A stretch of DNA of 64,000 bases from Candidatus Limnocylindria bacterium (lineage in GTDB: Bacteria; Chloroflexota; Limnocylindria; QHBO01), in assembly GCA_038250515.1 (NCBI GenBank), contig JBBSCG010000004.1, positions 5,108 through 69,107 of the forward strand. The letters run 5' to 3'. A model generated the notes under the pieces. That model did not search any database and was not told the origin of the DNA. It was given only the letters and a program-made list of their open reading frames with translations. The position numbers and the translations under genes are program-made. Below, in pieces: positions 27,495-37,132 of the stretch (position 1 is the first letter of the stretch; the number at the start of each line of letters is the position of its first letter).

Positions 27495-28433
27495 ATGGCA
27501 CCCCGCGTCATGACCGTCGCTGGACCGATTCCGCCTGACAGCATCGGCTTCACGCTTCCCCACGAGCACACGGGCATCGCGCTTTGGCATGTCAAGGACC
27601 GATGGGACTACTGGGAGCTGACGCCCGATGACGAGCTGATCGCCGACGAGCTACGTGACTTCCGCCGCCGCGGCGGAACTGCTCTGGTCGACCTCACGCC
27701 GCCGGGTGTCGGTCGCGATCCGGAGCGGCTGCGACGCCTCGCCGGCAGCACGCGCCTGTTCATCGTGATGGGCACCGGCTGGTATCGGGAGACGTACTAC
27801 CCGCCCGAGGCACGCATCGATCGTCGCAGCGTCGACGACCTGGCGCGTGAGATGGTGGCCGAGTTCAACGATGGCGTCGCCGGGACGGGCGTGCGGCCGG
27901 GCATCATCGGCGAGATCGGGACCGACAAGCCGTGGGTCAGCGCCCAGGAGGAGCGGGTGCATCGGGCCGCGGCGCGCGCCGCGAAGCAGACCGGCATGGC
28001 AATCAGCACCCATGCCGTCCTGTCGCCGGTCGGCCTGGCGCAGTTGCGCATCTTCGCCGACGAGGGCGTGGACCCATCGCGCGTTGTCATCGGTCATGCC
28101 GATTCGTACCCGAATCTCGACCATTACCTGGCCGTGCTGGACCAGGGTGCCAACCTGCAGTTTGACTTCCTGGGGCAGCGTTTCGGCATTGAGGAGGCCG
28201 CCGAGCCGCGGTTGATCGAGATGATCGTCGAGCTGCTGGAGCGCGGCTTCGCCGATCAGCTGCTCCTGAGCCAGGACGTTTGCCACAACACGCAGCTGAA
28301 GGCCAACGGGGGATTCGGGTACGTGTACCTGCAGCAGCATTTCCTGCCGAAGCTGCGCACTGCGGCGGTGGGGGAGGGCGAGATCGAGCGCATGACGGTC
28401 GACAATCCGCGTCGGATCCTGACAGTTCCCTGA
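27495..28433 (+). CDS. Phosphotriesterase-related amidohydrolase
   Basis: TLPHEH, GEIG, STH, IGH and SQD metal ligands. Confidence 0.9.
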   Translation: MAPRVMTVAGPIPPDSIGFTLPHEHTGIALWHVKDRWDYWELTPDDELIADELRDFRRRGGTALVDLTPPGVGRDPERLRRLAGSTRLFIVMGTGWYRETYYPPEARIDRRSVDDLAREMVAEFNDGVAGTGVRPGIIGEIGTDKPWVSAQEERVHRAAARAAKQTGMAISTHAVLSPVGLAQLRIFADEGVDPSRVVIGHADSYPNLDHYLAVLDQGANLQFDFLGQRFGIEEAAEPRLIEMIVELLERGFADQLLLSQDVCHNTQLKANGGFGYVYLQQHFLPKLRTAAVGEGEIERMTVDNPRRILTVP

Positions 28434-28452
28434 AGAACGCGGTCGCACAACT

Positions 28453-28479
28453 TGACATGACTATGGTAGTTTCGTGTCA
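28453..28479. promoter_or_regulatory. Inverted repeat (candidate operator) directly before the MerR-like gene
   Basis: TGACATGA-CTA-tgg-TAG-tt-TCGTGTCA. Confidence 0.45.
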
Positions 28480-28844
28480 TGAACGAATCCACCACCGACC
28501 GGCGCATCGGCCCAGCCGCCGAACGCCTGGGTCTCTCGCCGCGCATGGTCCGCTACCTCGAGGCGCAGGGCGTACTGTGCAGCGAGCGCGGCCCCGGCCC
28601 ACGGGGCCACCGGCATTTTCCACCGCCTGAGCTCCTGCTCGGCGCCGCGGCCGTCGCGGCAGCCGATGCAGGGCACCCGACCGCCACACTGCGCGCGCTG
28701 CGCGATCTGGCCGACCGCCGCGTCCGCGCGGCACTGGAGAGCGACGATCCGCTGCAGCGCTTCGAGCTGCTGGCGCTCGCGCGGGCCGTTGAGGAGGCGA
28801 CGCGCCTGGATCCGGCCCCGCCGCAGCCTCCACCCGCACCATGA
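28479..28844 (+). CDS. MerR-family HTH regulator
   Basis: IGPAAERLGLSPRMVRYLEAQG...GHRHF. Confidence 0.75.
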   Translation: MNESTTDRRIGPAAERLGLSPRMVRYLEAQGVLCSERGPGPRGHRHFPPPELLLGAAAVAAADAGHPTATLRALRDLADRRVRAALESDDPLQRFELLALARAVEEATRLDPAPPQPPPAP

Positions 28845-29458
28845 CCGCACGACTGGGCCTCGCACCACGATTGGGCCTCGCGTCGCTGCCGGCACTCGTC
28901 GTTGCCTGCCTGGCGCTCATCAGCGCGCCGCTCGGTCCGTTGCGCGACACGGTGCTGCTGGTCGTCGTGCTCCGATGGCACTCGCGCTCGCTTCCCTTGG
29001 CTGGACCGACGTCCTGGCAGATCGGCTCTCGGTGCTCGGCTCCGGTCGGGCTGGCGATGGCGCGGCGGGGGATCGGCAGCTCCGCCGACCAGGTCGACGC
29101 CGCCATCTATGGCAGCAACGTCGGATCGATGCTGTTCCCACTCAGCAACCTGACAAACCTCTTGGTGGTTTCGGCGAGCGGGGTGACCTTCGCCGCATTC
29201 GTCGGAGCGGCCGCGGTGCCGCAGCTCGCGGCCGCGGTTGTCGTCGGCGCGCTGCTGTACCGGCGCCTCGCGCGCCAGCCGGCCGGGCCTGTTGCCGCGG
29301 TGAAGCTGCCCTCGATTCCGAGGACGCCCCGCTTGTTGGCCGGCGCGGCCGCCCTCCTTTCGTCGGTCGCCGCGGTGGCACCCGGCTTTCTCGGTGGAGA
29401 CGTGCCACGCCGAGCCGAGGTACTCGCAGCCTGCGCGGTGCTGCTGCTCATCGGCTAG
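28841..29458 (+). pseudogene. Decayed ArsB/NhaD/SLC13-type anion transporter
   Basis: GSNVGSMLFPLSNLTNLL motif in a 205-aa ORF, about half the normal length, with non-TM stretches. Confidence 0.55.
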
Positions 29459-29475
29459 CGCCGCATACTCGTCCG

Positions 29476-30501
29476 ATGCGTGACGTCGTCGCCGATCTGA
29501 AACGGATGGCCTTCCTGCTCGAGGCGGCGCACGAGCCCGGCTATCGCGTCAGGGCATTTCGGGCTGTGGCCGGCCTTCTTGTCGGACTGACCGAATCCGA
29601 GCTTGCCGATCGGGTTCGTGCCGGGACGCTCCGGGAACTTCCGGGCATCGGCGAGGTGCTTGAGCGAACGATCCTCGAATCGGTGCGCGATGAGGAGCCG
29701 GTCTACCTGCGCCGGCTGGAGGCGACTGGCGGTCGTCCGGCGGTCAAGGGTGGCAGCGAGCTGTGCGCCGCTCTGCGTGGCGACTGCCATGTCCACTCGG
29801 ATTGGAGCGACGGTGGGTCGCCGATTCGTGAGATGGCGGAGACCGCGCGCGACATCGGCCACGAGTACATCGTGCTGACCGATCACTCGCCGAGACTGAC
29901 CGTGGCTCATGGGCTCTCGCCGGCGCGGCTGCGGACACAGCTCGATGCGGTGGCTCGTCTGAATGCGGATCTGGCGCCGTTCCGCATCCTGGCCGGGATC
30001 GAGGTCGACATCCTGCCGGACGGTTCGCTGGACCAGGAAGCCGAGCTGCTCGACCGCCTGGACGTGGTGGTCGGCAGCGTCCATTCCGAACTGCGCTTGC
30101 CGGCCGGGTCGATGACCCGGCGGCTCGTGACTGCACTGGCCGACCCGCATCTCGACGTGCTGGGGCACGTTACCGGACGCCTGAAGACGCGCAAGCGGCC
30201 GCGTCCGGAATCGGAGTTCGATGCCGAGATCGTCTTCGCCGCCGCCGTTCGATTCGACAAGGCGATCGAGATCAACAGCCGTCCCGAGCGAGCGGACCCA
30301 CCGAAGCGGCTGCTGCGCCTTGCGGTCGAGGCCGGGTGTCGGATTGCGATCGACTCGGATGCGCACGCACCGGGTCAACTGGCATGGCAGCCGTTCGGCT
30401 GCGAGCGCGGGGCGCGCTGCGGCGTCGAGGTTGCATCGGTCGTCAATGCCATGTCGGCCGACGAGCTGGTGCGTTGGGCGGGGACTCACCAGGCCCAGTG
30501 A
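29476..30501 (+). CDS. PHP-domain protein with a PolX-like HhH N-terminus
   Basis: LPGIG, DCHVHSDWSDG, TDHS, GIEVDI, GSVHS, DSDAH. Confidence 0.88.
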   Translation: MRDVVADLKRMAFLLEAAHEPGYRVRAFRAVAGLLVGLTESELADRVRAGTLRELPGIGEVLERTILESVRDEEPVYLRRLEATGGRPAVKGGSELCAALRGDCHVHSDWSDGGSPIREMAETARDIGHEYIVLTDHSPRLTVAHGLSPARLRTQLDAVARLNADLAPFRILAGIEVDILPDGSLDQEAELLDRLDVVVGSVHSELRLPAGSMTRRLVTALADPHLDVLGHVTGRLKTRKRPRPESEFDAEIVFAAAVRFDKAIEINSRPERADPPKRLLRLAVEAGCRIAIDSDAHAPGQLAWQPFGCERGARCGVEVASVVNAMSADELVRWAGTHQAQ

Positions 30502-30530
30502 ATTCGGGCGCTTCGACCGCCGAGCTCGAA

Positions 30531-30563
30531 GAAAAAGAAGAGGCGCCCCTTGCGGGACGCCTC
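30531..30563 (-). terminator. Rho-independent terminator of the csp gene
   Basis: Minus strand reads GAGGCGTCCC-GCAA-GGGGCGCCTC-TTCTTTTT. Confidence 0.8.
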
Positions 30564-30599
30564 GTTCGTCGTCAGCGGCCCGGAATGGGCCGCATCGGT

Positions 30600-30806
30600 C
30601 TATTCGACCGGCGCAACGTTCGTCGCGCGGGGGCCGCGGTCGGAACGCTCCGTGTCGAAGTTGACCGCCTGTCCAACCTGGAGCTGCTCGATCTGCAGTC
30701 CATCGGCCAGGCCGGAGAAGTGGAAGAAGTGCTCGTTGCCACGGTCGTCGGCAATGAAGCCGAATCCGCGGTCCGCAACGATGCGCTTGATAGTGCCAGT
30801 AGGCAT
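30600..30806 (-). CDS. Cold-shock protein
   Basis: RGFGFI (RNP1), FFHFS (RNP2), RGPRATNV; TTGACG-N17-CACACT promoter at 30891-30919. Confidence 0.93.
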   Translation of the reverse strand: MPTGTIKRIVADRGFGFIADDRGNEHFFHFSGLADGLQIEQLQVGQAVNFDTERSDRGPRATNVAPVE

Positions 30807-30972
30807 GATTTGTTCGGGCCTCCTCGGACCGATGCAGAAACGCTCGCAATCGCAATCCGAAAGGAGTACGCCGACGCTTCGTGATTGAGCAGTGTGGAGC
30901 CTCGCCGGCGCTTCGTCAATGCACCATACTTGGATTCATCATCCCGAGCAGCCACAGCCAGGAGAAAGCGCC

Positions 30973-31176
30973 ATGTCCGTCGCCAGGGTTACCGAGCTTT
31001 CATGCACCTCTACCGATAGCTTCGAGGAGGCCATCCGCCAGGGTATCGAGCGCGCCGGAAAGACGTTGCGTCAGGTCCGCAGCGCCTGGGTCAAGGAGCA
31101 GCGCGTCAACGTCGGCCGCGATGGCACGATCGAGTTCCAGGCCAATATCCTGGTCACCTTCGTCCTCGAGGACTGA
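30973..31176 (+). CDS. Dodecin family protein
   Basis: 67 aa; SFEEAIRQGIERAGKTLRQVRSAWVKEQ; AGGAG RBS. Confidence 0.9.
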   Translation: MSVARVTELSCTSTDSFEEAIRQGIERAGKTLRQVRSAWVKEQRVNVGRDGTIEFQANILVTFVLED

Positions 31177-31191
31177 CCGCTCAGAGAGGAA

Positions 31192-32133
31192 TCAGCTCTC
31201 CGCCAGGCCAATCTTGCCGTCCTCGCGACGGAAGCGGGACCGATAGATCGGGTTCGAGACCCGGCTGTTGACCGTGGCGGCATCGAGCGGACGGTCGCTG
31301 CGCGGGGCGCTGTAGCGGCCGCGCTGCACGATCGCCGTGGCGATATCGCCGGCGCTGAGCGGCCCGGACTCAGCGATGACCGCGGCGATCTCCTCGTGGA
31401 GCGGGACGCGTGGACCGCGCTCATTCGCCGCCGGAGCGGCTTGGCCCTCGCCCTTCGGCGGCCTGCCGCGGCGCGCCGGTGTCGTCGTGCGAGCCGCCTC
31501 GGCATTCGTCGCGCTGGTCGCCTCGACGTCCGTCGCGCGCATTACCTCGACGTCCGCCGCGCCGTTCGCCTCGACGCCCGGCTTTGGTGCAGCCATCGGA
31601 GCGTCATTGGAGCGCTTGCGCTGGTCGGGCTTCCGCTGGATCATCGCTGGTCGCGTGCCGACGCTCAGCTCGTCCACGCGACGAGCCAGAGCATCCAGGC
31701 GCTGGGTCAGCGCGGCGAATGCGCCGCTATCCGGGGAACTGGCGGGCCTCTGTGTGCCACCCGAGCGCTCGGCGTCGAGTCGTTCCTCGATCCACGTGGT
31801 GACGAGCTCGCCCGGTCGGAGATTGGTCTCGGCGGCGAGCTGCTTCAGCAGTGACAGGCGGCGCGGATCGAGCCGGATCGCCATGCCGCCCTCGTCCATG
31901 GGGCTGCGCGATGGCGGCCGTCCCATGCCGCTGTCGCGGCGATCGCCTCCATACGGGCGGTCGCTGGGCGGATATGACCGCTCGCCGGGGCCGGAGGGCC
32001 GGTCGCGCGGGAATTCGCGTCGCGGGGCGCGGAAGTCGCCGCGATCGCCGTAATCGCGTCGTGGGCCACCACGCTGATCGCTGCGCGGCCGTCCGCCTGA
32101 TCGGCCCCCGCCACCTCGTCGGTCATCTTGCAT
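31192..32133 (-). CDS. Hypothetical DNA-binding protein (low-complexity N-terminus, RHH-like, AT-hook, C-terminal winged HTH)
   Basis: R/G/D/P-rich N-terminus; MAIRLDPRRLSLLKQLAAE; RRGRPPK; LHEEIAAVIAESGPLSAGDIATAI. Confidence 0.65.
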   Translation of the reverse strand: MQDDRRGGGGRSGGRPRSDQRGGPRRDYGDRGDFRAPRREFPRDRPSGPGERSYPPSDRPYGGDRRDSGMGRPPSRSPMDEGGMAIRLDPRRLSLLKQLAAETNLRPGELVTTWIEERLDAERSGGTQRPASSPDSGAFAALTQRLDALARRVDELSVGTRPAMIQRKPDQRKRSNDAPMAAPKPGVEANGAADVEVMRATDVEATSATNAEAARTTTPARRGRPPKGEGQAAPAANERGPRVPLHEEIAAVIAESGPLSAGDIATAIVQRGRYSAPRSDRPLDAATVNSRVSNPIYRSRFRREDGKIGLAES

Positions 32134-32193
32134 GGGCTGCACGATACCCGGCTTCCGGCATGGGCGCCACTCGCCCCATCAGAGCGCCCACCG

Positions 32194-33439
32194 TCAGAAG
32201 CTGCCGCTCGCCCCTCCGCCGCCGGAGCTCCCGCCGCCACTGAAGCGGCCGCCCGAGCTGCTGGAGCTTGAGGGAGGTGTTGAGCCGATGCTTCCGAGCG
32301 CCGAGAACATGCCGCCGAAAGAGCTCGCCGATCCCGATGGCTGTCCAGCGCGTGATCGCTGGACCGGGCAGATGGGCGAACCAGCCGAGTCGCAGCGCCT
32401 CCTGATCGAGGAGCTGCTTGACGGAAGCGAGCTCGCCGTTGAGCGACCACAGCGAGCTGCGCGTCACGCGGTCGTCGCTTCCCGCCAGGCGGCGGATGGT
32501 CTGGTCGGCGAGCGCCTGTGGTGCCGCCATCGGCCGGTCATCGGTCGCACGGGAAGTCACGAGGATCGCAGGATCGAGGAGCGGGTCCGGAACCGAGTCG
32601 CGGCGCGCCTCCGCGACCTGGTCGAGGTTCGAGAAGGCGATGTGGCCGCGACTGGCGAGCTCGACCACGGTGGTATCGATGCTGTGCTGCGTGGCTCTGC
32701 CCTGTCGCACCACGGTGGCCAGCGGCGGCGTCATGGCGGCTGGCGGTCCGGCCATCAGCACCGACGGACTATCGAGGTACTCGGGGTCGTCCCCTTCCCG
32801 GCGCCACCTGGCGTAGGCCACGCCGACGAGCATGAGCAGGACCAGCGGCGCCACTACGAGGCCGAGGACGGCATTGAGGCGCCGCATCGTCTCGAGTCGC
32901 TCGCGGCGACCCGGCGTGACCCCCGCTTCGATCGCGTCGACGGCCACGAACAGCGCTCCGTCGATGTCGCCGCCGCTGCGCGCGGCCGGCACCATTTGCT
33001 GGTCGATAATGTTCGCCCGGCCCTGCTCGTCGATGTAGGCGTTGAGGAAGCCAGAGCCACCGAAAAGGCTGATGCGGCCGTGCAGCTTCATCTCGTCCAG
33101 ACCCAGCAGGATGACCAACCCGTCGTCGAATCCTGAGCGGCCGATGCCCCATTGGTCCATCAGCGCTTTCGCGTCGCCGAGGTTCTGCTCCTCGCTGATG
33201 CCGGGCTTCACGTGCAGGTAGACCACGATCTCCGCGCCGCTGCGCGCCTCGATGGCGTCGACGCGCTGTTCAAGCGCCGCTTGGGTGGCTGGCCTGATCG
33301 CCGCCGCACGGTCATAGATCGCCTGGTCGGGCACGGCATTTGGGAAGGGCGGACCGGCGGCGATGGCTCCTGCGGCGACGGCGCTGACTGCCAGTGCGAG
33401 AGCGGTCGCGCGGAGCAGCAGTCGCGTGCGGACGGTCAT
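32194..33439 (-). pseudogene. TPM-domain/DUF2207-like membrane protein with an internal deletion and frameshift
   Basis: Signal peptide and TPM domain (WGIGRSGFDDGLVIL). The expected Ser/Gly tail (SSSSSSGGRFSGGGSSGGGGASGSF*) is in another frame after about 32320. Confidence 0.7.
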
Positions 33440-33496
33440 TCTCGGAGCATAGCGGGCCGGGTCGTCCGCCGGCCCATTTGACCCGCCGCGGGGCCA

Positions 33497-33513
33497 CTGG
33501 CACTCTTAGTGCG
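33497..33513 (+). promoter_or_regulatory. sigma54 (-24/-12) promoter candidate
   Basis: CTGGCACTCTTAGTGCG (GG-N10-GC). Confidence 0.5.
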
Positions 33514-33597
33514 CCTTCCAACGGCAAACGTTCCGGGCGGCATCGTGCCCTTTCGATGCCCTCTCTCGCCGCCCGATGAATCCCATGGAGATCTCAA

Positions 33598-34200
33598 TTG
33601 AAGTATTTCGCCGGGGCGCTGGTCGCCCTGTTCGGCGCTGCAGCCGTCGTAGTTGCGGCCTCTCCCAACGTGTCGGCGTTCCGCGAAGCGCAAACGGTGC
33701 AGCATCGGCTGCTTGCCCAGGTCGGCGAGCAGCAGGTCCTCTCGGCACGCGGCAGCGGGTCGAGCCGCGGCAGCGTGCGCCAACGCGAGGTCTTGGCGCC
33801 GACGCCCGAACCGACTCCACCGGCGCCGCTCGGGCGGCGTGCGGTCACCAGCCCGCGAGCCACTCTGGCGCCGACCCCTGAGCCGACGCCGGACCCGATC
33901 TCGGGCGGCCCATCGGTATCAGGTCGCGCCAGCAACTACGCCGGAACCGCCGGCTTCAGCGGACAGGCGGTGGTGGCTCTACCGGGCGCGCTTGGCGGCC
34001 ACTACACCGGATCGATCAACGGCTATGTCACCGTCTGCGCGGACCGATGCGCCCGACTGCCCGTCGCCGATTGGTGCCAGTGCTACTGGGGAACGGACGA
34101 TCAGCGGGTCATCGACCTGAGCTACGCCGCCTGGGCGGTGGTCAGCGACCAGCCGCGGTCGCGCGGCATTCTGTCGGTCCGGCTGATCCTCGAGGGCTGA
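33598..34200 (+). CDS. Secreted RlpA/expansin-like double-psi beta-barrel protein
   Basis: Signal peptide, PT linker, [24 protein letters not shown]; GGAG RBS before the TTG. Confidence 0.7.
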   Translation: MKYFAGALVALFGAAAVVVAASPNVSAFREAQTVQHRLLAQVGEQQVLSARGSGSSRGSVRQREVLAPTPEPTPPAPLGRRAVTSPRATLAPTPEPTPDPISGGPSVSGRASNYAGTAGFSGQAVVALPGALGGHYTGSINGYVTVCADRCARLPVADWCQCYWGTDDQRVIDLSYAAWAVVSDQPRSRGILSVRLILEG

Positions 34201-34204
34201 GGCG

Positions 34205-34651
34205 CTACTGGCACGCGACGCTGACGTCGGCAGCCCCGGCGATGCCGGGAATCCGCTCGTCAAAGGTGATCGAGCTGCCGCCGGGCACCTGGGGCGAGAG
34301 GATTGAGCGACTCTGCAGTGAGCGGCCCTCGCCGTCCTGAGCGATCAGCTGGCATTTCGCACGTCCGGGCTTGGTGCCTTCGTTGGTGACCGAGACCGTC
34401 GCCTGGAGGCTGCCGCCGGCTGTTCGCGTGTCGACGATCTCACCACGGTACGGTCCAACGCCGCGCAGTGCCAGGCTGGCGGCGACCGCCAAGAGGACCA
34501 CGCCCAGCACGATGCCGACCGCCATCGTGCCGTGGTACTGGCTCGCCGACGGCGTCGCCATGCCGGCGCGGTTGCAGATCGCGCATATCGTCTCGTCCGG
34601 GCCGATCTCGCGGCCGCACTTGATGCAGTGGCGGACGTCGCCGGTGGTCAT
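34205..34651 (-). CDS. Zinc-ribbon single-pass membrane protein
   Basis: CIKC...CAIC, a TM helix and an Ig-like C-terminus; ATGA overlap with the upstream gene. Confidence 0.7.
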   Translation of the reverse strand: MTTGDVRHCIKCGREIGPDETICAICNRAGMATPSASQYHGTMAVGIVLGVVLLAVAASLALRGVGPYRGEIVDTRTAGGSLQATVSVTNEGTKPGRAKCQLIAQDGEGRSLQSRSILSPQVPGGSSITFDERIPGIAGAADVSVACQ

Positions 34652-35277
34652 GACTCGCCGATTCCGGTGAGGCGCTCTCCGGCCTCGATCGGCACCGACA
34701 GCCAGTTCTCCTGCGGTGCCAGCGGGCAGCTCCAGCGCGGGTCGTAGGTGCACGATGGGTGGTAGGCGTAGTTGAAGTCGAGCGTCAGCTCGTCGCCGTC
34801 TGAGCCGAGGTCCGCGCCCTTGGCCGAGTCCCACAGGTAGCGACCGCCGCCGTACGTGGCATCACCGCTGGTGGCGTCGCGGAATGGGATGAAGATGCCG
34901 CCGCCGTAGTCGTTCAGCCAGTAGACCGATAGCCGGCACGCCGTGCCGCCGACCTCGAACAAGACCCAGCCGATGCGCGAGAAGGGCATCGTCGCGCTCT
35001 CGCCGGAGCGTGGCAGGTCGAGTGGCGGCGCAGCAGCATCGGGCTCAAGACGAGCGGACATGTGAAGCGTCGGATCATGGCGCCAGTAGGCCAGGCCGCG
35101 GAAATCGCGGCGCTCGTCGGGCGGAATGGGGGACTGCGCATGCTCGGCGAAGAGCCGGTCCTTGCGCGAGCGGAAGTTCACCAGGCGCAACGGAGTCGCA
35201 CGGCGGTCGCGGCGCAGCGCGTCGTAGAGCGCGAAGACGCGGCGGCGATAGTCGGCGAGCTCGAGATGGTCGGACAT
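34648..35277 (-). CDS. DUF1684 protein
   Basis: FIPFRDATSG, TYGGGRYL, LDFNYAYHPSC, WSCPLAP. Confidence 0.9.
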   Translation of the reverse strand: MSDHLELADYRRRVFALYDALRRDRRATPLRLVNFRSRKDRLFAEHAQSPIPPDERRDFRGLAYWRHDPTLHMSARLEPDAAAPPLDLPRSGESATMPFSRIGWVLFEVGGTACRLSVYWLNDYGGGIFIPFRDATSGDATYGGGRYLWDSAKGADLGSDGDELTLDFNYAYHPSCTYDPRWSCPLAPQENWLSVPIEAGERLTGIGES

Positions 35278-35355
35278 GAGTCTGGTGAGCGCAAGGATAA
35301 GGGGCGGCGAGCCTTTCGGCCGGTCGCCCCTCGCGGTGTTGCCCAGGAGCAGGCC

Positions 35356-36300
35356 CTAGGTCAGGCCGTTGTCCTGCAGGAACTGCTTCGCCACGGTGGC
35401 GACGTCCTTCTGGTCGACGGCCACCTGCACGCCGAGCTTGGTCAGGATATCGGTCGTCATCTTGGCCGAGACGTCATTCAGCGTCTTGGCGAAGTCGTCA
35501 CCGCCCGCGTTGAGCAGATCCTTCGTGGTGATCGGCGCGATATTGTCCGCCGGCTGTGACTTCATGTCGTCCTCGAGCAGCACGAAGTTGAACCGCTCGA
35601 TGTCCGGCTGGGTGGTGCACAGCTCGGCGATGTCCACGGCGCCGGTCTGCAGCGCTTGAGCGATCGGCGCGTCGCAGGCGGCGAGCTTCTCGACGTCGAG
35701 TGAATCGAAGTTGATCCCGTACAGCTTGAGCGCACCGGAGCACAGCTCGTTCGTCTTGCATTCGGGCGGTAGCCCCCATTTCACCTGGTCGGCGACCTTG
35801 GCGAGGTCGCTCATGGTCTTGAGGCTGAACTTGTCGGCCGTCTCCTGGCGCACCACGAAGCCGTTCTGGTCCTGCGCCGGCGTCGCGTCGAGCAGTTCCA
35901 GGTTCTTCGACTTGAGCGCAGCGGCGAGCGCGGTGTGGGTCGCGTCGGCGTCGCCGGTCGGCGCCCCCTTGAGGAACTTCAGCTCGGAGCCGATGTATTC
36001 CGGCAGCAGATTGACCTGGCCGCTCTCAAGTGCCGGTTGGGTTGCTTCGCGTGTTCCGAGGTTCAGCTTGCGCTCGACCGTATATCCGTGCGCTTCGAGC
36101 GCCTGGGCGTAGATTTCCGCCATCAGCTGCGACTCGTAAAAGCCTGCCGAGCCGACCGTGACCGTGGGTTTGGTGCCGCCACTGGCGGGCACGCTTCCGT
36201 TCGCCGAAGGTGACGTGCTGCTGCCCCCACCCGTCGTGCACGCGCTGACGACCAGCGCGAGCAGCGACGCCCCGAGGGCGAGCCTGCGGTGTAGCCGCAT
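35356..36300 (-). CDS. Osmoprotectant (OpuC/OsmF-type) ABC substrate-binding lipoprotein
   Basis: Lipobox VSAC, VGSAGFYES, PEYIG, LEDD. Confidence 0.9.
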   Translation of the reverse strand: MRLHRRLALGASLLALVVSACTTGGGSSTSPSANGSVPASGGTKPTVTVGSAGFYESQLMAEIYAQALEAHGYTVERKLNLGTREATQPALESGQVNLLPEYIGSELKFLKGAPTGDADATHTALAAALKSKNLELLDATPAQDQNGFVVRQETADKFSLKTMSDLAKVADQVKWGLPPECKTNELCSGALKLYGINFDSLDVEKLAACDAPIAQALQTGAVDIAELCTTQPDIERFNFVLLEDDMKSQPADNIAPITTKDLLNAGGDDFAKTLNDVSAKMTTDILTKLGVQVAVDQKDVATVAKQFLQDNGLT

Positions 36301-36406
36301 TGGGTTCTCCTTGTTCTGATGCCTCCCGCGTCGCGGCGCAACGCACAGGCAAGCGCCGAGTTTAGCAGGGCTCCCATGACAGGCCGATGAAGCTGTATCC
36401 GCTTAC

Positions 36407-37129
36407 TCAGCCGTTGCCGACTGCGGCCTCTGGCTGTGCCCGGGTCACGGGCCGCGTGCTGCGCTGCAACCAGACGAAACCGAGCTCGGTGAGAATGGCC
36501 AGCAGCGCGACGATGACCGCCCCAGCGAAGACCTCCTCGTACTGGCGCGTGGCGAGGCCGTCGATGATGTAGCGGCCGAGTCCGCCGGTGCCGAGCACCG
36601 CTCCCAGCGTCGCCGTGGCGACGACCTGCACCGCCGAGGTGCGGATGCCCGCAAGGAGGATTGGCATGGCGAGTGGCAGCTCGACACCACGCAGGAGCTG
36701 GCCGCCGGTCATGCCCATGCCACGCGCCGCCTCGACCAGCTCACGGTCGACTTCGCGCAGACCGGTGTGCGCGTTGGTCACGATCGGCGGAATGGCGAGC
36801 AGGGTCAGTGCGATGAAGGTGGGCGCCACACCGACTCCTCCCGCTCGCATATCGAGCTGCTGCTGCAGCCACAGCGTGAGCGGCAGTGCCATGCCCAGCA
36901 CGCCGAACGAGGGCAGCGCGCGACCGATGTTGCTGACGCTGACCGCGAACAGGGCGCCGCGCCCGGTGTGCCCGATGTAGAGCCCGACCGGCAGGGCGAT
37001 GATCAGGCCCGCGAGCAGCGACACGCCGGACAGCGCCACGTGCTCGAGGACGCGAATCGGGACGCCGTCAGCCCCCTGCCAGTGGGCCGGATCGGCAAAC
37101 CAGGCGATCGCCCGACCGAAGAACTCCAT
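36407..37129 (-). CDS. Osmoprotectant ABC permease
   Basis: EAARGMGM, VELPLA, GGLG. Confidence 0.9.
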   Translation of the reverse strand: MEFFGRAIAWFADPAHWQGADGVPIRVLEHVALSGVSLLAGLIIALPVGLYIGHTGRGALFAVSVSNIGRALPSFGVLGMALPLTLWLQQQLDMRAGGVGVAPTFIALTLLAIPPIVTNAHTGLREVDRELVEAARGMGMTGGQLLRGVELPLAMPILLAGIRTSAVQVVATATLGAVLGTGGLGRYIIDGLATRQYEEVFAGAVIVALLAILTELGFVWLQRSTRPVTRAQPEAAVGNG

Positions 37130-37132
37130 GGC

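Noticed and set aside
28666-29475. 611-aa extension of the PHP gene
   Set aside because: The upstream part reads as non-protein-like; the ATG at 29476 has its own CATACT -10.
33523-33576. GGCAAAC plus nested hairpins before the RlpA-like gene (possible c-di-GMP riboswitch)
   Set aside because: It lacks the GNRA tetraloop/receptor and the GACGCAAAG junction of the class I motif.
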